Source: an uncultured Cytophagia bacterium
GTDB lineage: Bacteria; Zhuqueibacterota; Zhuqueibacteria; Oceanimicrobiales; Oceanimicrobiaceae
Length of the DNA: 64,000 nucleotides
Direction of reading: 5' to 3'
Assembly: GCA_964539665.1 (NCBI GenBank)
Contig: CAZIKB010000002.1
Coordinates: 3,609 to 67,608 of the forward strand
Position 1 is the first letter of the stretch; the number at the start of each line of letters is the position of its first letter. Both the position numbers and the translations under genes were made by a program. Positions 48,491 through 57,228 of the stretch are shown in pieces. The notes under the pieces are model-generated. The model was not told the origin of the DNA. It ran no database searches and worked only from the letters and a program-made list of their open reading frames with translations.

Positions 48491-49621
48491 GTGAAAACTC
48501 GACACAGAATTTACTATTTTTTTATATTATTCTTTGGACTGTTTCTTTGTGAAGGTTCAGGTCAAATAAGAATTAAAGACATCTCAACATTTCAGGGGAT
48601 GCAAACACTGCATTTAATAGGTTATGGTCTGGTAATCGGACTGGATGGTTCAGGCGATAGAAGCAGCGGTGCCAGTGGTGCGATTTTTACAGTACAATCC
48701 GTAGTCAATATGCTGGAAAAATTTGGTATTACCGTGCCGGCAGATAAGCTGCGCATTCGAAATGTTGCAGCCGTGATGGCAACTTCCAAATTAGAACCAT
48801 TCACCAAAGTCGGCACTAAAATTGATATCACGGTTTCATCGTTAGGGGATGCAAAAAGCTTGGAAGGCGGAATACTTTTAACGACTCCCCTGCTGGGTCC
48901 CGATGGTGAACTTTATGCTATGGCACAAGGTCCCATATCAATTGGCGGATTTAATATTGAAACCGGTGAAGGTGAAAAGATCAGACAGAATTATGCTTTA
49001 GTGGGCCGCAGCCCAAATGGCGCTATCATCCAGAAAGCGGCGCCTTTTAAATTTGATGTTGAACAACCTTTAGGTATTTTATTACAAAGGCCAGATTTCA
49101 CGACTTCCGCAAGAATCGCTGAACGAATCAACAAACATTTTAATGCTGCTTTTGCTGCTCCGGTAGATGCCGCCACAATTAATGTGGACTGGCCGACGAA
49201 CCTTCAGAAAACAGGTACCATCGTTCGATTTATCGCGGAGATTGAAACTTTAAAAGTGGTGCAGGACAGAATTGCGAGAGTGGTTATCAATGAACGAACG
49301 GGCACCATCGTTGCGGGCGGTGATGTCAGGATTTCGGAAATTATGGTGTCACACGGCAATTTAACCATACACACCCGGAAACGCCCTGTCATTTCCCAGC
49401 CAGCGCCATTTAGTCGAACAGGGAGAACGGTAGTAGAAGGCGTATCAGAAACAATTATTCAGGCAGACGATGCCAGGACAATAGTAATCAAGAATACAGT
49501 CAGTGTTGCTGATATTTCTTCTGCATTGAATATTTTGGGAGTCAAACCTCGAGATATCATTGCCATATTTCAAGCGATAAAAGAAGCGGGCGCTCTGCAA
49601 GCTGAATTAATCCTTATGTAG
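48491..49621 (+). CDS. flgI: Flagellar P-ring protein FlgI
   Basis: 376 aa. Signal peptide. FlgI motifs NVAAVMATSKLEPF and ARVVINERTGTIVAGGDVRISEIMVSHGNL. Confidence 0.9.
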   Translation: MKTRHRIYYFFILFFGLFLCEGSGQIRIKDISTFQGMQTLHLIGYGLVIGLDGSGDRSSGASGAIFTVQSVVNMLEKFGITVPADKLRIRNVAAVMATSKLEPFTKVGTKIDITVSSLGDAKSLEGGILLTTPLLGPDGELYAMAQGPISIGGFNIETGEGEKIRQNYALVGRSPNGAIIQKAAPFKFDVEQPLGILLQRPDFTTSARIAERINKHFNAAFAAPVDAATINVDWPTNLQKTGTIVRFIAEIETLKVVQDRIARVVINERTGTIVAGGDVRISEIMVSHGNLTIHTRKRPVISQPAPFSRTGRTVVEGVSETIIQADDARTIVIKNTVSVADISSALNILGVKPRDIIAIFQAIKEAGALQAELILM

Positions 49622-49632
49622 GAAATGAATTT

Positions 49633-50415
49633 ATGGACATAAACATACAGGATAAACCAGCATTAGATTTAGTTAATTCTAAACAAAATAGCACTGTTGA
49701 GCCAAAACAAAAATCAGTTAACGATGACCGGGAAAAAATAAAAAAGGCTGCACAAGGATTTGAAGCGATCTTCGTTCAACACTTGTTGCGGACTATGCGT
49801 CAGAGTATCTCAAAATCGGGCTTATTTGGTGATGGTATTTCTGGTGATTTATATAGTAGTATGTTTAATGAAAAGATTGCAGAAGTCATAACTATCAAGG
49901 GTGGTATCGGGCTGGCCGATAATATAATTAAAGCCCTGGAAAATAAAAGTCAAATCACTAATTTTAACATGGATATTAATACTGAAAATAGTAAATATTT
50001 TACGCTTTCACGGCCAAATCATCAAAAAGTGGACAATAACTGGGATCGTTCTATTATCGATGATGCAGCAGATCATTTTGACATTGAACCTAAATTGATC
50101 GAAGCTGTGATAAAGGTGGAATCTAATGCTAATAAAAATGCTATCTCGAATAAAGGCGCTGCGGGACTCATGCAATTAATGGAAGGCACAGCCCGTCAAC
50201 TCGGAGTCAGGAATCGCTTTGATCCGAGAGAAAATATTTTTGGAGGTGTCAAATATCTTAAATCACTTTTACAAAGATTCAACGGAGACTTAGAAATGGC
50301 ACTTAGTGCATATAATGCGGGGCCAACAGCCGTTGAAAAATACAAAGGTATACCTCCTTTTCCTGAAACTCAACGCTATGTACAAAAAGTTATCACCGCA
50401 TACCAAGAGAAATAG
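49633..50415 (+). CDS. flgJ: FlgJ-like protein: an N-terminal flagellar rod-binding domain fused to a C-terminal lytic transglycosylase (SLT) domain
   Basis: Rod-binding motif AAQGFEAIFVQHLLRTMRQS. SLT motifs VESNANKNAISNKGAAGLMQLMEGTARQLGV...ALSAYNAGPTAV. The catalytic Glu lies within the ES motif. Confidence 0.75.
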   Translation: MDINIQDKPALDLVNSKQNSTVEPKQKSVNDDREKIKKAAQGFEAIFVQHLLRTMRQSISKSGLFGDGISGDLYSSMFNEKIAEVITIKGGIGLADNIIKALENKSQITNFNMDINTENSKYFTLSRPNHQKVDNNWDRSIIDDAADHFDIEPKLIEAVIKVESNANKNAISNKGAAGLMQLMEGTARQLGVRNRFDPRENIFGGVKYLKSLLQRFNGDLEMALSAYNAGPTAVEKYKGIPPFPETQRYVQKVITAYQEK

Positions 50416-50418
50416 CTA

Positions 50419-50919
50419 ATGGAAAAACTTATAGAAGAATTAATATTAATAATTTCAAAAGAAGTAGAAGCTTTCAGTCTGCTTTTAAAGACATTAAATG
50501 AAAAGCAGCGTGCTATTGTTGAAGGGGCAATAGAAAAGTTGAATAAGAATGTTAAGGATGAGGGAGAGATTACGCATCAGACAAAATCATTAGAAACGCA
50601 ACGGATAGCCCGGACACAAGAGTTAGCTAAAATGCTTTCTTTGGATAATATAAATCCGCGTTTAAGCGTACTCATCGAAAAAGTAGAAGAAAAATATGCT
50701 CAGAGGTTATCAGAACAACGGGATCTTCTATGCTCCATTATTGAGAAAATTAATGACTTGAATGCCAGCAACCAATTTCTTCTACATTACTCATTACAGT
50801 TAATTGAAAATAGTATGACGTTATTGTTAAATGGTAATGAAAAACTAACAACCTATCGAAAAGATGGTAAAGTAAAAAAAGAATCAATCTCACAAAAAGT
50901 ATTAGATTATAATATTTGA
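50419..50919 (+). CDS. flgN: FlgN-family flagellar chaperone (for FlgK/FlgL)
   Basis: 166 aa, helical, no TM segment, sitting directly upstream of flgK. The assignment rests on position and composition. Confidence 0.45.
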   Translation: MEKLIEELILIISKEVEAFSLLLKTLNEKQRAIVEGAIEKLNKNVKDEGEITHQTKSLETQRIARTQELAKMLSLDNINPRLSVLIEKVEEKYAQRLSEQRDLLCSIIEKINDLNASNQFLLHYSLQLIENSMTLLLNGNEKLTTYRKDGKVKKESISQKVLDYNI

Positions 50920-50928
50920 TATCATATT

Positions 50929-52308
50929 ATGCCAGATTTATTAAGAATATTAAACATTGGAAGAAATGCAATATTGGCTCAAACAGCAGTAATGAATACC
51001 AGGGGACAAAATATTGCAAATGTTAATACCGAGGGTTATTCCAGACAGCGAGCTGAACTGACTCCTGGAATGTCAATAAGTACGGCAGATGGAATATTTG
51101 GGACGGGTGTTATTTTACAAGGTATTGAACGTACTCGGGATAAGTTAATTGATCAACAGCTAATTCAAGAGCGTGGTTCTGCCGGACAATATGAATTTAA
51201 ATCTGATGCTCTGAAATTCATTGAACAACTGTTCAACGAACCTTCGGATTTCGGCTTGAACCGAATGTTAAATGATTTCTGGAATTCCTGGCAAGACTTA
51301 GCGAATAATCCAGAAAATCAGGGCGGTCGTATGGTTGTAAAAGAGTCCGGTATGACGCTGGCGTCTGGCTTTAATCGCATTGACCGTCAATTGAAAAAAT
51401 ACATCGTCGATCTAAATAACGATCTACAATTTAAAGTGGAAGAGGTTAATCGTCTTGCAGGCCAGATTGCAAAAATGAATAAAGATATAGTAAGTTTCGA
51501 AGCATCAGGAAATGAGGCCTCAGACTTCCGAGATCGAAGAGATCTTTTAATTGATCAACTTTCTAAGCTTGCAAATATAAAAACTCTTGAAGGCGCTTCA
51601 GGATTTATGAATGTTTCGATTGGAGGCAGGTTTTTAGTCACTGAGTTCACAATTGATGAATTGTCGTTAGCCACAACCTCTTCATCTGTAAACGGCCCTA
51701 ATGTCATTTGGGCTGCAGATAAAAATACCACCAATATAACAGGGGGTACGATAAAAGGCCTTATGGATATTCGGGACGTCAACATTACCGATTATTCAAA
51801 TCAGCTTGATGAATTTGCAAGCACGTTGGCGGAGCAAGTAAATGCAATTCATATAACCGGATATAATAATACTGACAACACAAGAAATAATTTCTTTAAT
51901 ACAAACATAACAGGCGCAGGGGATTTTGCAGTAAGTACTACTATTCAGAATAATTCTAACTTGATTGCTACATCTGCTCAACAAGACACGCCTGGTGATA
52001 ACAGTACTGCATTAGCCATTGCAGACTTACAGGAAGTCCTGAGTATGAACAACGGCACAACTTCTTTCAGTGATTTTTATAATTCTCTTATTTCCTCAAT
52101 AGGAGCCCAAACACATAATGCCATCTTTTTAGATCGTAGTTTTAGCCTGGCGGTTGAAAAATTAGAATACACCCGTGAATCGATTTCAGGAGTTTCATTA
52201 GATGAAGAGATGCTTGGCTTAATTGAGGCTCAACAGGCTTTTACTGCTGCAACTCGATTTATTACAACGGTTGATGAAATGACCCAATCTATCTTAAACA
52301 TGGTTTAA
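50929..52308 (+). CDS. flgK: Flagellar hook-associated protein 1 FlgK
   Basis: 459 aa. N-terminus NIGRNAILAQTAVMNTRGQNIANVNTEGYSRQRAEL and C-terminus EEMLGLIEAQQAFTAATRFITTVDEM. Confidence 0.85.
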   Translation: MPDLLRILNIGRNAILAQTAVMNTRGQNIANVNTEGYSRQRAELTPGMSISTADGIFGTGVILQGIERTRDKLIDQQLIQERGSAGQYEFKSDALKFIEQLFNEPSDFGLNRMLNDFWNSWQDLANNPENQGGRMVVKESGMTLASGFNRIDRQLKKYIVDLNNDLQFKVEEVNRLAGQIAKMNKDIVSFEASGNEASDFRDRRDLLIDQLSKLANIKTLEGASGFMNVSIGGRFLVTEFTIDELSLATTSSSVNGPNVIWAADKNTTNITGGTIKGLMDIRDVNITDYSNQLDEFASTLAEQVNAIHITGYNNTDNTRNNFFNTNITGAGDFAVSTTIQNNSNLIATSAQQDTPGDNSTALAIADLQEVLSMNNGTTSFSDFYNSLISSIGAQTHNAIFLDRSFSLAVEKLEYTRESISGVSLDEEMLGLIEAQQAFTAATRFITTVDEMTQSILNMV

Positions 52309-52334
52309 CATTTTTTTAAAGCTCTTAAATAACA

Positions 52335-53228
52335 ATGAGAATTACAAATAAAATGATCTCGAATGGTATTCTTTCTACCACAAATGACGTCAGGAAGTTG
52401 ATGGCGGATTTACAATTAGATCTCGCTACCGGCAAAAAGATTAGAAAACCATCAGACGATGCTAACGCTAACCTGAAAGTAGAAAAATTTAAAGAACTCC
52501 AGAATAAAAATGAACAATATTTACGAAATATTTCTCAAATAACCGGATGGATTGACAGTACCACTGTTAGTCTGGAATCTATTAGTGATGTATTAATGAC
52601 TGCCAAAGAAAAGGCCACACAAGCAGCAAGTGAAACTGTGTCCGAGGAAGTAAGAGCAAGTCTGGCCACGATGATTGATCAAGAGATAGATACATTAATA
52701 TCATTAGGTAATACAAATTATAGCGGTAAAAATATATTCGGAGGCACCATAACGATTAATGACGCTCCTTTTTCAAGATCGGGAGACGTAGTAAGTTATA
52801 ATGGCAATGACGGCAACATCAAAGGTAAAATTGGTTTTAATGCGACAATACAATACAATAGAACAGGTGAAGAAGTTTTTAGTCCAGCAGGCGGTGTGGA
52901 TATTTTTAATACCATGACAAATTTAAAACTAGCACTGGAGCAAAACGATACTTCAGCCATACAGACTTCAATTGATTTATTGGATGATGCAATAAAACAG
53001 ACTAATTCTATTTCTTCAGGATATGGTATATTGCAAAACAGATTGAGCATGACTCAGGATATACTACGCAATGAGAATCTCAATTTGCTCAGCTTTACTT
53101 CGGAACTTCAGGACACAGATATAGCTGAGGCAATATTAAAGTATCAAAATGCAGAAACGGCTTACACAGCAATGCTGAAAACAACATCAACATTAGTCCA
53201 AACAAGCCTGGTTGATTATCTGGTTTAA
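52335..53228 (+). CDS. flgL: Flagellar hook-associated protein 3 FlgL (flagellin-like)
   Basis: 297 aa. Flagellin-like N-helices (RKLMADLQLDLATGKKI) and C-helices (AETAYTAMLKTTSTLVQTSLVDYL). Confidence 0.8.
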   Translation: MRITNKMISNGILSTTNDVRKLMADLQLDLATGKKIRKPSDDANANLKVEKFKELQNKNEQYLRNISQITGWIDSTTVSLESISDVLMTAKEKATQAASETVSEEVRASLATMIDQEIDTLISLGNTNYSGKNIFGGTITINDAPFSRSGDVVSYNGNDGNIKGKIGFNATIQYNRTGEEVFSPAGGVDIFNTMTNLKLALEQNDTSAIQTSIDLLDDAIKQTNSISSGYGILQNRLSMTQDILRNENLNLLSFTSELQDTDIAEAILKYQNAETAYTAMLKTTSTLVQTSLVDYLV

Positions 53229-53314
53229 GTATTCACACATCATTTCAGTGCACGTATACACAAAAATTTTTGAAATTGCATATTTATTAAAATATTAAAA
53301 GGAGTTTATGAAAT

Positions 53315-53881
53315 ATGGCTACCAAGGATCCGCTAATTATAAATGTAGAATTATTAGAGGGCACCAAATTATTACAACAAGGTAACCTGGATGAGGCAAA
53401 AACAAGTTATGAAAAAACCATGAAAAATGATCCAGAAAATTTAGAAGCGTTATACGGTCTGGGTATTATCTGTCATTTCCAAAAAAACTATGACGTTGCC
53501 CAAAAGTATTTTGGAAGAGTACTAGATATACATGAAGATAGTGTTCCTGTATTAAACAGTTATGGCCTGGTCTCAGCTCACCTGGGAGACGAGGAAACGG
53601 CCAAACAATCATTTGAAAAAGCTCATGAAATTGATCCTGACAATTTAGATGCGCAAAAAAACCTGGCGGATATGTACATTAATACTGGCGAATTTGAAAA
53701 AGGTATTCAATCATATAAAGAGATATTAAAAGAAAATCCACATGATATTGACACATTATTAACTGTTGCCAATCTCTATATGGACGTTGATGATGCTGAC
53801 TCTGCGAAATTTATCTATAAGACAGTGCTGGAAATCGATCCGGAGAATGTATCAGCCAGAGCAAACCTAGCAAAAATTTAA
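53315..53881 (+). CDS. TPR-repeat protein
   Basis: 188 aa made of consecutive 34-residue TPR units (AKTSYEKTMKNDPENLEALYGLGIICHF...). Confidence 0.7.
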   Translation: MATKDPLIINVELLEGTKLLQQGNLDEAKTSYEKTMKNDPENLEALYGLGIICHFQKNYDVAQKYFGRVLDIHEDSVPVLNSYGLVSAHLGDEETAKQSFEKAHEIDPDNLDAQKNLADMYINTGEFEKGIQSYKEILKENPHDIDTLLTVANLYMDVDDADSAKFIYKTVLEIDPENVSARANLAKI

Positions 53882-54114
53882 ATAGTGACATCGACTCTGG
53901 ATACGACAGGGATATCAGGAATTAAGGATATAGGGATACAAGGAAATTTTGAATAAAAATAAGTGAGTACTTTCCGCCATTTATCCTACACCCTTAGAAA
54001 CATATATCCAATACCTTATTTCCGTATGCCTTAATAGAGAGACGTCTGACACATTCGTTTGAAATCAGTAAATCCACATATATTCACTGACACGATAGAT
54101 ACATATCCATCATC

Positions 54115-55782
54115 ATGGCCACCCAAAACTATAATTATCAAAAAAATCGCATAACCAGATTAATTAAAAATAGTCAATTTGATAAAGCTGAAAGCGAGTT
54201 AGCGGAATTAATACATTCCCACCCGCAGGATAGTGAGCTTCATTACCTGGCAGGTATGATGCATGGCTCACAATATAACTTCAAGGATTCGCAAAAAGGA
54301 TTTACTGAAGCGTTAAAATATAATCCTGATCATGCAAAATCACTTTTTGAACTGGGCATTATTCAGATGATTTTGTGCCGATTTAATAAAGCTTTAACAT
54401 ATTTTCACAAGACCAGTACTTTACAATATAAACGAATCGAATCAAAATCTTACCTGGACAAAATAAAACAAATCGCTATAGTAAAAGATGTGACATTATC
54501 TGCTTGTCTCATAGTAAAAAATGAAGAAAAAAACCTGTCAAACTGTCTTAAAAGTATTGAGTCTGTAGCGGATGAGATCATAGTAGTGGATACAGGTTCC
54601 GTTGACAAGACCATTGAAATTGCTCAAAGATTTGGAGCGAAAGTTATTCATTTTAAATGGAATCAGGATTTTGCAGCGGCCCGAAATTTTGCAAAAAAAC
54701 CTGCTACCTGCGATTGGATTCTCCAAATTGACGCTGACGAAGAACTTTTCCCTGAAGATCAGAGCAAATTACGAGAAATCATTCACCAGGGCAATTGTAC
54801 CGCTGCCTTTTTAGAAATTCGAAATAGAACCTCTGGTGTTTTCGGAGAAAATCTACCCATCATACATAATTTAATCAGGCTATATAGAAATCAAAAAAAT
54901 ATTTATTATGTCAACCCGATACATGAAACTTTAGAAATCTCAGGCAATGCTATACCAACTGACATCAAGCTGCTTCATCATGGTTATAATTTCGACGCAA
55001 ATATCTTAAAGAGTAAGCGTGAACGAAATACTAAAATCTTAAATAAAAGATTAGAATCTAATCCAACTGATTTTTTTGCACTTTTCTATCTTTCCATGCT
55101 GCATTTAGGTAATCAGGAATATGATTTATCTGAAATATACGCTCTAAAAATTCTCGATATTTTGAGCGCTGATGATATTACCAATCAACATATTTATTTA
55201 ATGTCATTAAAAAACTTAGCTCTGATTAATGTAGAAAAAAAGAATTTTGACGAAGCAAGAGTTTTTTGCGAGCAGGCTATTGAAATTAATTCTCAATATT
55301 TGGAACCGCAGTTTTTATTGGGGCTCAGTTATTTCCGGAAAGGCAATTACCATAAATCTAAAGATTGTTTTCTTAGTTATCTTAAACTACACGACGAAAT
55401 TACCAAACGACCGGTTTTCAATTTGTGTGCCCAATCATCAAGCGCATATTTGTTTCAAGTTTATCACTTACTGGGGAAAATTTACCGAAAAGAAAAAAAC
55501 TATTCCAGGGCGCAGCAAATGTTTAGAGAGACTGTAAAAATAAATCCAAATTTTTGGATCGGTTATGCTGATCTTGGATATATAAATTTAGAATTACAGG
55601 ACTATCAAAAAGCTGCCCAACATTTAGAACAGGCGATTAATTTAGCAAAAAATAATCCCGCGGTTAATGAGAACAACAAAATGATCTGGTTAGATTTTAT
55701 GAATGCAGTTAAATATTATCTGATTACATTAAAAAAATTGCCCCTGACAGAAAGTAATAAAAGGCTAAAATTTGTACAATAA
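54115..55782 (+). CDS. TPR-flanked family-2 glycosyltransferase (GT-A fold); candidate flagellin glycosyltransferase of the Listeria GmaR-like architecture
   Basis: N-terminal TPRs. A GT2 core SACLIVKNEEKNLSNCLKSIESVADEIIVVDTGSVDKTIEIAQRFGAKVIHFKWNQDFAAARNFA with a DxD-like motif DADEE. C-terminal TPRs. It sits immediately upstream of the flagellin gene. Confidence 0.75.
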   Translation: MATQNYNYQKNRITRLIKNSQFDKAESELAELIHSHPQDSELHYLAGMMHGSQYNFKDSQKGFTEALKYNPDHAKSLFELGIIQMILCRFNKALTYFHKTSTLQYKRIESKSYLDKIKQIAIVKDVTLSACLIVKNEEKNLSNCLKSIESVADEIIVVDTGSVDKTIEIAQRFGAKVIHFKWNQDFAAARNFAKKPATCDWILQIDADEELFPEDQSKLREIIHQGNCTAAFLEIRNRTSGVFGENLPIIHNLIRLYRNQKNIYYVNPIHETLEISGNAIPTDIKLLHHGYNFDANILKSKRERNTKILNKRLESNPTDFFALFYLSMLHLGNQEYDLSEIYALKILDILSADDITNQHIYLMSLKNLALINVEKKNFDEARVFCEQAIEINSQYLEPQFLLGLSYFRKGNYHKSKDCFLSYLKLHDEITKRPVFNLCAQSSSAYLFQVYHLLGKIYRKEKNYSRAQQMFRETVKINPNFWIGYADLGYINLELQDYQKAAQHLEQAINLAKNNPAVNENNKMIWLDFMNAVKYYLITLKKLPLTESNKRLKFVQ

Positions 55783-56121
55783 TTAATTTTATCTAACTCT
55801 TCCTAACAAATTTTTTGGTTTCTATCTAAAAGAAACAAAAAGGTTTATGAGGATACAAGGGAATAACCTCATGTCCATATATCTTCCTGCTCAAGACACC
55901 CATTAACACAACAATACAGAACCTCTAATATATAGCCAATTACGACCAGGCCACACCAGAGATATCAATAAATTCAAAAAAAAACAATCTGGTTAGCAAG
56001 CCATATCTCATATTGTCGATAATAGGTGTAGAAAGAGTAAAATGACCGGAGATTTTATAAAAGATAAAAAAAATATTTAATAATTTGTTATTAGTAACTT
56101 AATAAATCAAGGAGAAAAGAT

Positions 56122-56961
56122 ATGGGTGCATATGGAGACCTTAGTCGAGTTGCAAGTAATATTCAAGCGTTGCAAGCTTTAGATTCGCTTAATCAAATTA
56201 ATTCACAATTAGGCGTCCGTCAATTACGGTTAGCGACGGGACTGCGTATAAACAGTGCATCAGACGATGCTGCTGGATTTGTAATTGGAAAAGGATTTCA
56301 GGCGCGAGTCAGAGGATTGACCCAGGCTCTTTCCAACGTGGGTGATGCCAAATCTATGTTATCTATTGCAGAATCAGGCTTGCAGAATGTTCTTGATATT
56401 TTAGAAACAATGAAAGAAAAAACCACCCAGGCCGCAAGTGATGTACTTGGAAGCACAGAAAGAAATGCTATTGAAGATGAATTGGACGATCTGGCTGCGG
56501 AAATAGACTCCATCCTGACAGAGACTACTTTCAATAGTCAGTCTCTTTTAAATAGTACGGCCTTAACCATTCACACCGGCGCTGGCGCTACCGATAGACT
56601 GAATATAGCAGTTACCAGCACAACCATTACCGCAACTAATATAGGCGTTGCTGATGCAAACTTAACGGTCAGCACTGCTAATAACGCTTCCAATGCGTTA
56701 GGCAGCGTTAACACAGCGATTACCTCAATAAAGAATAATATTGCTAACATTGGATCGTTCCAATCACGATTGTCTACTAAAGAATCAACATTATCTGCGG
56801 CTATTACCAATACTGAGGCTTCTCGAAGCCGAATTATGGACGCTGATTTTGCACGGGAACAGTTAACTGTATTGAAACTGCAAATCATGCAGCAAACTGC
56901 TACGGCTTCTTTAGCTCAGGCCAATGCTGCACCCCAGGTTGTACTCTCGTTATTCGGTTAA
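56122..56961 (+). CDS. fliC: Flagellin (short form, 279 aa)
   Basis: Flagellin N-terminus NIQALQALDSLNQINSQLGVRQLRLATGLRINSASDDAAGFVIG and C-terminus SRIMDADFAREQLTVLKLQIMQQTATASLAQANAAPQVVLSLF. The central region is short and S/T/A-rich. An AGGAG RBS sits 7 nt upstream. Confidence 0.9.
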   Translation: MGAYGDLSRVASNIQALQALDSLNQINSQLGVRQLRLATGLRINSASDDAAGFVIGKGFQARVRGLTQALSNVGDAKSMLSIAESGLQNVLDILETMKEKTTQAASDVLGSTERNAIEDELDDLAAEIDSILTETTFNSQSLLNSTALTIHTGAGATDRLNIAVTSTTITATNIGVADANLTVSTANNASNALGSVNTAITSIKNNIANIGSFQSRLSTKESTLSAAITNTEASRSRIMDADFAREQLTVLKLQIMQQTATASLAQANAAPQVVLSLFG

Positions 56962-56983
56962 TCATAGTTTTTTTTAGGGCGAA

Positions 56984-57011
56984 GGGTGTTCCACACGGAA
57001 CACCCTTTTTT
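56984..57011 (+). terminator. Rho-independent terminator after the flagellin gene
   Basis: GGGTGTTCC-acac-GGAACACCC is a 9 bp stem, followed by TTTTTTATTT. Confidence 0.75.
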
Positions 57012-57228
57012 ATTTATAGCAATATTCAAACAACGTCCTGAATTTCATGCCCTGAATGCTCGTCAAAAAATTGAAAAATTACAGCTCCGGCACTATTTGC
57101 AATAATCCTTCAGTCTATTAACATAAATGTCGATATACATGAAAATCGCAGTTATATTTAAGTAGCCGTGAAAAATTTTCTTCAATAATGACTAACATAC
57201 TAGTAAAACCTGTAACCAGGGCCGCGGG

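Noticed and set aside
53885-53940. Degenerate GGATA(T/C)A direct repeats downstream of the TPR gene
   Set aside because: They are short, imperfect and AT-rich. I could not distinguish them from chance.
56015-56022. A sigma-28-like -10 (GTCGATAA) upstream of the flagellin gene
   Set aside because: No TAAA -35 element lies at the expected 15-16 bp spacing. It is kept only as a weak candidate, mentioned in the findings.
57087-57100. GGCAC...TTGC upstream of the GT-B/TPR gene
   Set aside because: The GG-to-GC spacing is 10 rather than 12, so it is not a functional -24/-12 geometry.
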